A stretch of 64,000 nt of DNA, taken from NCBI GenBank assembly GCA_010909165.1, contig VJWM01000179.1, positions 124,001 to 188,000 of the forward strand, written 5' to 3'. This DNA is from Anthoceros angustus (Eukaryota; Plantae; Anthocerotophyta). The notes beneath the pieces were generated by a model. That model saw nothing but the letters and a program-made list of their open reading frames with translations, had not been told where the DNA came from and did not search any database. Of the stretch, positions 12,582 through 24,450 are shown one piece after another; position 1 is the first letter of the stretch; each line of letters opens with the position of its first letter. The translations under genes and the position numbers were made by a program.

Positions 12582-14730
12582 TCAACCATGTCGAAGGGAG
12601 AACACAACTTGCAAGGATTGAACTCTGACCATGGTGAGTCCCCCTTTCTCGCTCATGTCAAGGTCTTGAGGTTTCTTCACGTCATCGGGAAGAGACCAGC
12701 GAAAGTTGTGCAGCAGAGTAGCAAGAGTGAGCTGCACCATTATTAACCCTAAGTTCGTCCCTACGCAACCTCTCCTTCCAGAACCAAAAGGTAGGACCTC
12801 AAAGTTCTGGCCCCGAATATCCACATCAGGCCTGCACTGTGGCACAGCAATTCGTGCGTGATGTGATCTATAGCACGGCAAGAAAGGAGCTCGAAACCAA
12901 GGGAATGACGGCTACCTGTCGATAAACCTCTCCGGGATGAATTGGAGGGGATCCTCCCACACAGCAGGGTCTGTGCTTATGGCCCATGAATTGACAAACA
13001 CCACTGTTTGGGCAGGAACGTCGTAGCCTGCTACCTTGGTGGCCTCCACAGAACAGTGAGGAACCATTAACGGCAAAGGTGGATGTAACCGGAGCGTTTC
13101 TTTCACTATGGCTTCAAGATACGGCAGTTTTGCAAGATCTGCTTCAGTAACCTGCCGATCGCTGCTCACCACAGAGTTCACCTCCTTTTCTACTCTCTCT
13201 AGGATTGCAGGATGTCGGAATAACTCAGCCATCGCCCATTCCGTGGTAGCGGCTGATGTGTCGGTTCCTGCAAAAATCAAGTCCTTCAAATCGAAAAATG
13301 GAGTCAGTGCTGCCCCAGCTAACATGAAAGTTTCCTATATTGGACCACAACAGGTAGCTTTCGGTTGGGGGCTTACAATGACCTGTCCCTTTACAGAGTC
13401 GCTCGACAGTTGGTCTTCTTCATTCAACTGCAACAAGACGTCAAGATAGTCTTTTGCACTTCGGCCTGAGTCTTTTCTTAACTCCTCGCGGTGTTCCTCG
13501 ATCACAGCTGTCAAGAATCGGTCCATCCGCTTGCGGATCCTGGGAATTCTGTGTTTGACAGGATTCAAGTTGTCGAAAATGGACAGATAGGGGATACAAT
13601 CCCGGAGTAGCTGGGTTGTGACCACAGCTATTTGCTCTTTCATGAGATTGACAAAAGCCTCTGCATCGTCAACAACCTGTTCATTCGAAGTCCCAACAAA
13701 CGTAAGAGATGAGAAAAGAGACCCTATTAGTGCATCAGACGAACAGGTCTTGAAAGCAAAGGCAAATCCGACTACCTTGTTTGCAACTGAGGTGCTTTGC
13801 TTTCCAGAATCTTCTTGGGTATGGTAGTCAAAAAATCTCTTGCTTATGCCCATACGAGTTATGGAGTTCAAGTTTAGAAGACTGAGCAGGATAGTAACGT
13901 TCACAGGTGATGACCTGCCCGCCCCGGACTTGGTAACGTGACTTCGGATTGTTGCAACCACGGCAGCAACTTCCTCCAATCTTACTCCTCAATTGTTTAA
14001 GCCTCTTTGCGGACATCAGCTCCGTAGCCATCACCCTCCTGTCATAAGAAGAATAAATTGATGACCAGAGTGTGTCCGGGTGTCAGCGACAGTCGGCCCA
14101 GCAACATGACGGCATGGTACAGTATTCCGACTGAATCCACATACATAAACAAAGCTTACTTGGAATGTCGGAGGGCTGGACCGTACGGTGCAAAGCCTAT
14201 GTCCTTGAAAGTTAGCTCGGTGACGGCATAGGTTGGGGAGCGAGAAGCAAACACGGCATCTTGGTTTTCAGAACCTCGCGAGCCATGGCTGGAGAGGACA
14301 CCACCATCGCTCCCTTAGAGCCCAGCCATATCCACATTATTTCGCCGTACTTGCCGGCCAGCTTGGCAAGATCCTGTGCAAGGATTTGGAGGTCGCAAAT
14401 ATGTGAAGATTTCCAGAACTGGAAGCGGAGGTGGACCAGGCGGGAGATTTCCGCCATTCCGCTTCACGGCAAAAGCGCAAATACTCCCACAGCCAGGACG
14501 ATGCTCCACAAAAGGGAGACCCAAGACGCGAAGGCTCCATTCAGATAATGCTCCACAAGGAGAAACCTAACACGCCAAGGCTCCACTCAGGTAATTCTGC
14601 CATGCCAGCTGCCTCCGCGACTCCCTCCCACTCGCTTCACAGCCAAAAGGGCAGTGACTCCGACAGCCAGGATAATGCTCCACAAGGAGAAACCTAACAC
14701 GCCAAGGCTCCACTCAGGTAATTCTGCCAT
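12582..14730 (-). pseudogene. Cytochrome P450 copy 5 (exons 3-5 intact; exons 1-2 frameshifted; N-terminal leader triplicated)
   Basis: Exons 13676-13377, 13283-12916 and 12831-12582 are open ([24 protein letters not shown]). Frameshifts at ~13990, ~14268, ~14375 and ~14412. Some lesions may be sequencing error. Confidence 0.8.
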
Positions 14731-15183
14731 GCCAGCTGCCTCCGCGACTCCCTCCCACCCGCCTCACAAGGGGGTCCTGGGAGACAGGAGGCCTTTGACG
14801 TAGAACCCAGCCAGGCAGCAGCAGGCCAGTCGCGTTTCGTCGGATCACTCCGAGGGGAGCCATATCCACCACAAAAGGAAGATGCTTTGAATGTAGAACC
14901 CAGCCAGGCAGCAGCAGGCCAGTCGCGTTTCGTCGGATCACTCCGAGGGGAGCCATATCCACCACAAAAGGAAAGCGACGGCTCCATAAGATCGTCAACA
15001 CTCTTTTGGTGCTTGAAAACACAGCGAGAAAACTCTCTATTATTTTCGACATACTAAATATTACGAATAATATATAAAAAGTTCTTTTTTTTTTGCATTT
15101 GGAACATAAAGAATAAGCTTATCCTTTAGGTAGTAGGAAGTTATATTGAGTAAGTATGTAGAGATATAATGGATCATCTACTC

Positions 15184-16045
15184 TATGGCATACCAAAGAG
15201 GACAGAGGGGACGGATATTTTTTTTCTTCCGCAAAACTTTTGGTGTCCGGTTTGGTAACCCGACCGAAATGGGGTAGCCCAAAGGGACTCACCAAAGCCA
15301 CTTGGCAGTCACGGAAGATAGAAAGGAACTTTCTTTTTCCCGCACTCACTCGTGTTTTTCATGGATGAAGAATTTTTTCCCAGCCTTTTCCACTTTAGGG
15401 TGCGGTGGTGGCAACCACTGCCCGTTTTAGGGTTCATGTCCTAAGAGATTGGGCGGGATGGTTTAGGGCGGGGCGGCGGCGAGGCGGGCGGCGGCGCCTC
15501 CAGGCGGCGGGCGGGGCGGCGGGCGGCGGGCGAGGCGGGCAGGCGCGGGAGGCGGAGTCAGCGGGCGGGCGGGCGGCGGTGCGGCGGGCGGGCGGCGGGC
15601 GAGCGGGCGGGCGGGCCGCGGCGCCTCCAGGCGGCGGCGCCACGCGTCGGCGCCCTCATTGTGGTCGGCGCGGCGGCGGGCGGGCGGGCGGCGGCGCCTC
15701 CAGGCGGCGGGCGGCGGGCGGCGGCGAGGCGGGCGGCGGCGGGTGGGGGTTTACCGGGGCGGAGGCTGCGTTGGGGCAAACACGAGGCGGAGGAGGGAGC
15801 TGCGGTGGCGGCGGGCAGGCGGGCGGCGGGCGGGCGGGCGAGGCGGGCGGGCGGGCGGGCTGCCCAGGCGGGCAGGCGGGCGGGCCTTCCCTACAGGTAG
15901 CCAGACGGGCGGCGGGCGAGCGGGCGGGGGCAAGGAGGCGGGCGGGCGGGCGGGGGCGGGAGGCGGAGGAGGCGGGCAGGCGGGCGGGCGAGCGGGCGGG
16001 CAGGCGGGCGGCGGGCAGGCGGCGGGCGTGGCGAGGCCTTGACTG
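15184..16045 (+). mobile_element. Orphan left end (TIR plus GC-rich tract) of the large TIR element, truncated at the duplication junction
   Basis: TATGGCATACCAAAGAGGACAGAGGGGACGG at 15184 is identical to 20045 and is followed by the same subterminal sequence and a (GGCG)n tract. Confidence 0.7.
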
Positions 16046-17711
16046 CGAGGAGGAAGCCCGTATTTGCTAACGACAGGCTCCAGTGCTTCCGGATTCCCTG
16101 GAGATGATACCAGGTTAAAAAGTCATCAGGTCTCTGGCCCAAGAAGACACAAGAAGGACGAGAAGTATGACCAGTAGAATCTCCTTAAGCAATTGGAACT
16201 GTAGAGCCCTTTCTATTCCAGAGCATCCTGGTTTTGGGGAACCTCACCTATTTGCCAGCCCAAGACGTCCTCAGAAAGTGTGTTCCCGCCCTCTTACTGG
16301 AAAAGAGGCCCAAGTGGCCCTCTTTTTCCAGAACTATGATATCTATGTAACTATGTAACTTCTTGTTTTCGTTGTTCCCGCCGTTGGTCCTTCCACTTTC
16401 TTTGTCACCTTATCGATTACAGAACACGTTTGTTAGGAAGCTCACCAGATTGTGTTAACCGAGATGAAGCCAAAATCCTGGTTGTTGCACTCTTTCCCGT
16501 CTGGTACAGGGCTTCATTATCCTCCATTTATTAGTGTATAGTGGATATGACACTTTCTTCCCTGGCCACTAAATCCTATTGAATGCATAAGAAACCCGGC
16601 TTTGGGCTTGTTCGACCTTGTCAACCAGATGTTTTGCTAGCGGTTTCATGAACATCCCGTCCAATTCCGAGCTCGAGGAATTGAAGAGTCGTCGTGTGGA
16701 ATGCCCGGCAGTGGATGGGACACGATTTGGGGGCTAACCTGCGAGATCGTTTTCTTTGAAAGCTAGACAGACAAAAGGCTTTGCTCTTTTATCTCCAGCG
16801 TCTCAGGAGGTTCGAAGCTTTATAGAAATGTGCTCACCAGCGTAGACTGCGTAGAAGCTGCCTTGCAGCAGTAGGGTCAGGAAGGGGCAAGAAGTCACCA
16901 TGTCTCCAGACCTAATAATGTTAGGAAGTGGCATCAAAAGTCCGTGATGTATGTTACGAGCGCCGCGGGCAAGGACAGGCTGACCCCAAGACGATGCGAT
17001 CCGTCCACAGATGCCACTGTGGATTCCCTCGCTGCTCCGCACACACAACAAACAAATACTGGCCAGCTCAACTGGGGATCGTTATCCCTTTTTGTTTCAT
17101 TCGACATTTTGCTTTTGCAGTGCACACCATCACCGAAAGACCTGCGCCAGCTGTCCATGTGGAGCGACAGGAAACATGGAGGCGTCGTCTGTCTGTGTAC
17201 TTCCCTCCGCTCAAGACGACCTCTCCAGGCCTGTGCTTTTCTTTGCGCGAAGATTCAATTTATTTCATATTGGGATCAGATATCAACAAGGGAGATCAAG
17301 ATCTCCCTCGAGCAGATCGGTATAACCTTACGGGCTCCTAAAGGGATGTCCACTGGACTTGGCCTGGACATCTGTCCACTGGACTTGGCCTGGACATCTG
17401 TCCACTGGACTTGGCCTGGACGATGTCCAAGACTCCGACTCCAGGCCTCCGACTCCAGGCCTCCTTTCATCTGTAGAGTAGCTATTTCCAAAGACGTATA
17501 TTACGTACGCATTTTCCTTTGAAACCTCTTTGGAAGGCGCACGGTTGCAGCACGTCATCAGTGAGGATGATACATGTATGTACGTGAAGGCATGTGATGA
17601 CACAGGAACACGTTATGTGTGTCAAGTTCACGAACACTGCCTGAGAAAATCGAGCCCAACAATTGCCAGAGCCCTGATGAGCCGTGGTGAGCCCTGGCTA
17701 GCCGGTTCTGC

Positions 17712-19678
17712 TCAACCATGTCGAGGAGAACACAACTTGCAAGGATTGAACTCTGACCATGGTGAGTCCCTTTCTCCTTTCATGTCAAGGTCTTGAGGTT
17801 TCTTCACGTCATCGGGAAGAGACCAGCGAAAGTTGTGCAGCAGAGTAGCAAGAGTGAGCTGCACCATTATTAACCTAAGTTCGTCCTACGCAACCTCTCC
17901 TTCCAGAACCAAAGGTAGGACCTCAAAGTTCTGGCCCCGAATATCCACATCAGGCCTGCACTGTGGCACAGCAATTCGTGCGTGATGTGATCTATAGCAC
18001 GGCAAGAAAGGAGCTCGAAACCAAGGGAATGACGGCTACCTGTCGATAAACCTCTCCGGGATGAATTGGAGGATCCTCCACACAGCAGGGTCTGTGCTTA
18101 TGGCCCATGAATTGACAAACACCACTGTTTGGGCAGGAACGTCGTAGCCTGCTACCTTGGTGGCCTCCACAGAACAGTGAGGAACCATTAACGGCAAAGG
18201 TGGATGTAACCGGGCGTTTCTTTCACTATGGCTTCAAGATACGGCAGTTTTGCAAGATCTGCTTCAGTAACCTGCCGATCGCTGCTCACCACAGAGTTCA
18301 CCTCCTTTTCTACTCTCTCTAGGATTGCAGGATGTCGGAATAACTCAGCCATCGCCCATTCCGTGGTAGCGGCTGATGTGTCGGTTCCTGCAAAATCAAT
18401 CCTTCAAATCGAAAATGGAGTCAGTGCTGCCCCAGCTAACATGAAAGTTTCCTATATTGGACCACAACAGGTAGCTTTCGGTTGGGGGCTTACAATGACC
18501 TGTCCCTTTACAGAGTCGCTCGACAGTTGGTCTTCTTCATTCAACTGCAACAAGACGTCAAGATAGTCTTTTGCACTTCGGCCTGAGTCTTTTCTTAACT
18601 CCTCGCGGTGTTCCTCGATCACAGCTGTCAAGAATCGGTCCATCCGCTTGCGGATCCTGAATTCTGTGTTTGACAGGATTCAAGTTGTCGAAAATGGACA
18701 GATAGGGGATACAATCCCGGAGTAGCTGGGTTGTGACCACAGCTATTTGCTCTTTCATGAGATTGACAAAAGCCTCTGCATCGTCAACAACCTGTTCATT
18801 CGAAGTCCCAACAAACGTAAGAGAGATGAGAAAAGAGAGACCCTATTAGTGCATCAGACGAACAGGTCTTGAAAGCAAGGCAAATCCGACTACCTTGTTT
18901 GCAACTGAGGTGCTTTGCTTTCCAGAATCTTCTTGGGTATGGTAGTCAAAAAATCTCTTGCTTATGCCCATACGAGTTATGGAGTTCAAGTTTAGAAGAC
19001 TGAGCAGGATAGTAACGTTCACAGGTGATGACCTGCCCGCCCCGGACTTGGTAACGTGACTTCGGATTGTTGCAACCACGGCAGCAACTTCCTCCAATCT
19101 TACTCCTCAATTGTTTAAGCCTCTTTGCGGACATCAGCTCCGTAGCCATCACCCTCCTGTCATAAGAAGAATAAATTGATGACCAGAGTGTGTCCGGGTG
19201 TCAGCGACAGTCGGCCCAGCAACATGACGGCATGGTACAGTATTCCGACTGAATCCACATACATAAACAAAGCTTACTTGGAATGTCGGAGGGCTGGACC
19301 GTACGGTGCAAAGCCTATGTCCTTGAAAGTTAGCTCGGTGACGGCATAGGTTGGGGAGCGAGAAGCAAACACGGCATCTTGGTTTTTCAGAACCTCGCGA
19401 GCCATGGCTGGAGAGGACACCACCATCGCTCCCTTAGAGCCCAGCCATATCCACATTATTTCGCCGTACTTGCCGGCCAGCTTGGCAAGATCCCTGTGCA
19501 AGGATTTGGAGGTCGCAAATATGTGAAGATTTCCCAGAACTGGAAGCGGAGGTGGACCAGGCGGGAGATTTCCGCCATTCCGCTTCACAGCCAAAAGGGC
19601 AGTGACTCCGACAGCCAGGATAATGCTCCACAAGGAGAAACCTAACACGCCAAGGCTCCACTCAGGTAATTCTGCCAT
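17712..19678 (-). pseudogene. Cytochrome P450 copy 6 (exon 1 intact; exons 2-5 frameshifted)
   Basis: ORF 19678-19274 is a clean exon 1 (MAELPEWSLGVLG...YGPALRHSK). Downstream exons match copy 5 but carry repeated single-base homopolymer deletions. Confidence 0.8.
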
Positions 19679-20380
19679 GCCAGCTGCCTCCGCGACTCCC
19701 TCCCACCCGCCTCACAAGGGGGTCCTGGGAGACGGGAGGCCTTTGACGTAGAACCCAGCCAGGCAGCAGCAGGCCAGTCGCGTTTCGTCGGATCACTCCG
19801 AGGGGAGCCATATCCACCACAAAAGGAAAGCGACGGCTCCATAAGATCGTCAACACTCTTTTGGTGCTTGAAAACACAGCGAGAAAACTCTCTTTTCTAT
19901 TATTTTTCGACATACTAAATATTACGAATAATATATAAAAAGTTCTTTTTTTTTTGCATTTGGAACATAAAGAATAAGCTTATCCTTTAGGTAGTAGGAA
20001 GTTATATTGAGTAAGTATGTAGAGATATAATGGATCATCTACTCTATGGCATACCAAAGAGGACAGAGGGGACGGATATTTTTTTTCTTCCGCAAAACTT
20101 TTGGTGTCCGGTTTGGTAACTGGCAAAATGGGGTAGCCAAAAGGGACTCACCAAAGCGGCCACTTGGCAGTCAGGAAGATAGAAAGGAACTTTCTTTTTC
20201 CCGCACTCACCTGTTTTCTCCGGATGAAGAATTTTTTCCCGCGCGCCGCTCCACTTTAGGTGCGTGGGTGGCTTGCCTATGCCACCTGCCCGTTTTTAGG
20301 GTTCATGTCCTAAGAGATTGGAGCAGATGGTTTAGGGCGCGATTTGGCCGCCCGCGCCACCGTGGTTGGGGCGATCGGGG

Positions 20381-20960
20381 CGGCGGGCGGGCGAGGCGGG
20401 CAGGCGGGCGGGCGGGGCAAGGCGGGCGGGCGGGCGGGCGAGGCGGGCGGGCGGGCGGGCGAGGCGGCGGCGAGCACGCGGCGCCTCCAGGCGGCGGCGC
20501 CACGCGCAGGCGCCCTCATTGTGGTCGGCGCGCGCGGCGGGCGGGCGGGCGGGCGAGCCCACCGCCACGGGGCGGGCGAGGCGGGCAGGCGGGCGGGCGA
20601 GGCGGGCGGGCGGGCGGGCGGGCGGGCGGGGCAAGGAGAGGCGGGCGGGGCAAGGAGAGGCGGGGCAAGGAGAGGCGGGCGGGCAGGCGGGCGGGCGGCG
20701 AGCGAGGCGGGCGGGCGGGCGGGGCAAGGCGGGCGGGCGAGGCGGGCGGGGCAAGGCGGGCGGGCGGGCCTTCCCTCCGGGTGACGGACGGAGGCGGCCA
20801 CCGCAGTGCGAGAGGCGGGGCAAGGAGAGGCGGGCGAGGCGGGCGGGGCAAGGCGGGGAAGGCCGGGAGGCGGAGGAAGGCGGCGGGCAGGCGGGCGGGC
20901 GGGCGGGCGGGCGGGCGGGCGGGCGGGGCAAGGAGAGGCGGGCGTGGCGAGCCTGGCGGG
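20381..20960. repeat. (GGCG/GGGC)n G-rich low-complexity tract (sister tract 15467-16040)
   Basis: Direct inspection of sequence. Confidence 0.95.
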
Positions 20961-21028
20961 GCGCTGCGAGGGGAGGGCGTGCAGTAGATCCTCCCCATCC
21001 TTGCACCAAGCCGCAACTAACCTCGTCC

Positions 21029-21346
21029 TCATTCCTTCCCCGCCCATGGTGATGCGAATTGTTTGATGCTCATTTCTTTGCAAGCGGTGACACGCAGATG
21101 GTACTGGTGCCACCGCAGTATTATTGTAGGCTTCTGCGGTTGTGGGCGGGATGGCGGCGCCCACCCTCTCCTCCTCACATGCAGCAGCGCACTGACCCAC
21201 TGCATGTGTGGGGCGTGGAGGAGGGTTCCACGATCTCCTCCGAGCTCACCCGATCCTAATATGTGGAGTGAGTTGTTTCTGGTCTTATGACCCCAAAGCC
21301 AATGCATCCTTTGTCCTACGAGGAGCTTGATGCGCTTTTGCGACAT
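21029..21346 (-). pseudogene. Possible degenerate Ulp1/C48 SUMO-protease remnant inside the TIR element
   Basis: HWLWGHKTRNNSLHILGS resembles the HW...I.Y.DS motif. About 40 aa later PQPQKP is followed by an out-of-frame aat aat -ac tgc ggt (NN[D]CG). Weak, by-eye match only. Confidence 0.25.
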
Positions 21347-23899
21347 GCGGAGGACCTAGCGACCTCATCGCCACATAGAGAACTACCCTTGGACTTAAGT
21401 TCTTTTTGGTGAGGCGTGGTGTATTTGGTGGACTGGACTTCCCTCTGCGAGTGCCTTCCGGCTGGGCGCACTATTTCATGCATACCCATTTTGATGGGTG
21501 GCCATTGGGTCCTAACGATCCGTGAGGCCTCGCGGTCCAAGCACCGAGTCAGAGGACTTCAAGTGGATGGCCAAGTTTCACTCGACGGCTTGACTCACAG
21601 TGCAGGCGGCCTCGGCCTTCTCGCCCCCTCCCCATTTCATCTCAACGTCTTCTCGAATTGGGCCGCCAACCATGTCTTGTGGGAGGAGATGAGCGACCTC
21701 TACATCATCGAGGGCGGTGATCATGGGGGTTAGGGGTGGTCATGTGCTTTAAACGTGGCGAGGGTTTTGATAGGACTTGATGTAGAGGCCTTTACGGTTT
21801 AGATTTGTAGGTGTCTTGAGACCACTTCCAGTTTGACTTGACCAAATTTTGGCGCTTCCCTCATTCGTGTATTCTCACCACTCGGCGGATATCATGCCCA
21901 CGTTTTCAACTTGGCCTCGGTTCATGCTTGCCGCGTGTTCCCTCGTGCGCATTTTGGCCCGCTTCCATTCTCCTTGGCCTTGTCAACCCCTGCTTTTGCC
22001 CACTTTCCATGTCGTCACGCTTGCTTATTAATTGACAACCCATACAGTGCCTTCTTTTCGGTGTGATTTGGGTCCATGAACTCGCTCTTCCACGGAGGTT
22101 TCGCTTTGATAGCTGCCTCCACTTCAAGGGGAATGCGGTTTCACACAAAGGTGATTTCACAGCGTCTCCACAATTTTCATGCACCATTGCCGGAAGGTCG
22201 GGCCGAACTTGCAGAATGTCTGCCCATGCCTTGCGGGTGGACGCGAGAAAGTTCTTTGGGCAGGAGGCTATTCCATGAGCCCTCGTCATGTGTCCGTGGT
22301 GGCCCCTCCGGCCCTCACGTTTCTATCCGGCGGTGATGCCCCTCCCGTCGCCTTCCCTATCCATGTCTCATTGTCTCCCGCTTGCACTGGCCCTAGTCAG
22401 TGCCACCCGGCGCACCTCATATGAAAAGCGTTACGAGGTTAAGGGCTCTCCATGTCCACAGTGTGCAGCAGTGCATTCCACTCCACACCATCTCCTGCAG
22501 AGGATCCCGTCGCCGCAAGCACAACACCGCGCTATCAGGCGATACATGTCCGGAGGTAATTTGTACACTTCAAGCACCCTCGTCGCCATGTCCTCGCCAC
22601 TTGCATGTCCTACACAAAACATTTGTCGTCATCGCTGGTGTTCACATTCGAGACGGTCTTGGTGGCGTTCACTTACCCACATCGGCAATGCTATCGGAGG
22701 CGGTGGCACCTCGGTGCAACATTGCGGCATCTTGTGGTCGGGGACATAGTAGTCGTTGTCCTCCTCGTCTACCCCATATGCGGGCCCTACCGCCGCCCGG
22801 CCGCTCCTCCTCTGGAAGGCCTCCAGAGGCGTGGCCAGCTATGTCATCGTCTCCCGACCTCATTTTCCTCACCACAGGCAAGTTCCACACCCTAGAAAGT
22901 CGCTCTGTCCTCATGGTGGGCATGAATCTGCGTGCAAGGAATGTATGTGCCAAGGGTTCGTGGTATCCAACTCACGGGCCATCTGCGGCTCCAACATGTA
23001 CCTCTTGTGCGAGCCCCACTTCTCCTTGACGCCCTCGAAGTGCTCGATCGGCCTCACACCCGTGCCACCCACCAACCACGCCTATGCACGGGCTCGGCTT
23101 CGGAAGTTCCGAGCCGCATTCGTGAAGCACATTGCGGCAAATCCCTTCACATGACATCCGATTATCCACCTTACGATTGTGCCGATGGCCCCGAATGAAG
23201 TTCCTCCGTTCTCGCGGCCTCGCTGGTTGAGTCCTCCTCAACTAGGTTGTGCTCCGTGTCGGACCGAATCCTGCGGGTGCCCAAACCTCGCACCTCCGTC
23301 GCCTTGTAGATTGTTCTGCCCGCTTGTTGTCCTCCGGCCGCGTTATGTAGTCGTTGCCCCATCTATGGCGCGTGCACCACGAAGTGGAACATGTACATCT
23401 TGTCGTCTGTGCGGCTGCACTCGCGCGTTAGCTGCATGCGTTGTCTGCGGCTATCGACTCGGCGACCACCATGTGCTCCAAGTTCCGCTCATCCATGTGC
23501 CACATGTACATCGATTATTGTTCGTGTATTGCACGCGAATCTTGTGCGACCTCATTTCCATGGCCTCCGGTGCATGGCTCAATCTTGCCGTCACACCTCA
23601 CAGGCACGGCGGCGGCCCGCCGCGTCTGCACAATCCTCACTCCCGGTTCACACCACGCGTGATGGTCACATTTTGTAGGATGAGGTTGCGGGCGTCTTCT
23701 ATTGTTCTCGCGGACCGCGTGCCTCTCCATCACAGGCACCGTGCCGCCACCTCCTCAACGTCGGTGACATCCCACCGCTCGAGCCCTTTCAATGTCCGTC
23801 CGCCCTCCTCCGCCCCTCTGCGATGTTCCTCAAAGTCTCCACTTGAAGGCGCCGAGTTCCCTTCCCTCTCCCGCCGCCTGCTGTTTGATGTCGGAGGGC

Positions 23900-24450
23900 T
23901 CTGTGATCGTCTCCACCTCCGACACTTCGCTTTCCTCCCTTCCTCCATCGGATCCCCCTCCCGTCCTCTCGCGCCTCGGCCCCTCCATCTCCCCTTGCAC
24001 GCCCCATCTCCCCTCCGCCCGCCCACCCATCCATCGTCGGCCTCACCACCCCTCCTCCCCTCCGCCATCCTCTCATTGCCCTGCCCCGGCCCCTCCGCCT
24101 CTGCGCTGGGCCCTGCCCCGCCCCCTCCGCCGTCCCTCCTCCGGTTCCGCGCCCGCCCCTCCCCTTCCTCCCACCCGCGCGCCACGGCCTGCCCACCCGC
24201 CCGTCACTGCGGATGGCGCTCACGGCCCGCCCCTCCGCCTTCCTCCTTCCCGCTCCGCGCCTCGCCCCCTCACCGTCCCTCCTGCGCTCGCGCCTCGCCT
24301 CTCCCACTCCCTCGCCCCTCCTCCCCTCGCTCCGCGCCTCGGCCCCGCCCCTCCGTCCCTCCATCAACCCCATCGTCAGGCCCCGTTCACGCCATCACGC
24401 CCTCGTCATCACCCTCATCTCCCCTCCTTCCCCACACCGCCGTCTTAGCC
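23900..24450. repeat. C-rich (CCCT/CCGC) low-complexity tract
   Basis: Direct inspection; G-rich on the minus strand. Confidence 0.85.

Larger units (their letters stand above)
10906..16045. repeat. Segmental tandem duplication, unit A (~5.1 kb)
   Basis: Begins CGAGGAGGAAGCCCGTATTTGCTAACGACAGG, identical to 16046; near-identical throughout to unit B. Confidence 0.92.
16046..20960. repeat. Segmental tandem duplication, unit B
   Basis: Near-identical to 10906-16045; differences are mostly 1-2 nt homopolymer indels. Confidence 0.9.

Noticed and set aside
15405-16142. ORFs over the (GGCG)n tracts (also 20046-21200 and 23179-24618)
   Set aside because: Artefacts of low-complexity GC-rich sequence.
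20039-20047. 9 bp MULE-type target-site duplication for the large element
   Set aside because: With termini at GGC/GCC the 9 bp flanks (CTACTCTAT vs ATACTACTC) do not match; only 6 bp CTACTC or TA fit.
20296-20340. Telomeric TTTAGGG motifs
   Set aside because: Isolated single copies, not an interstitial telomere array.
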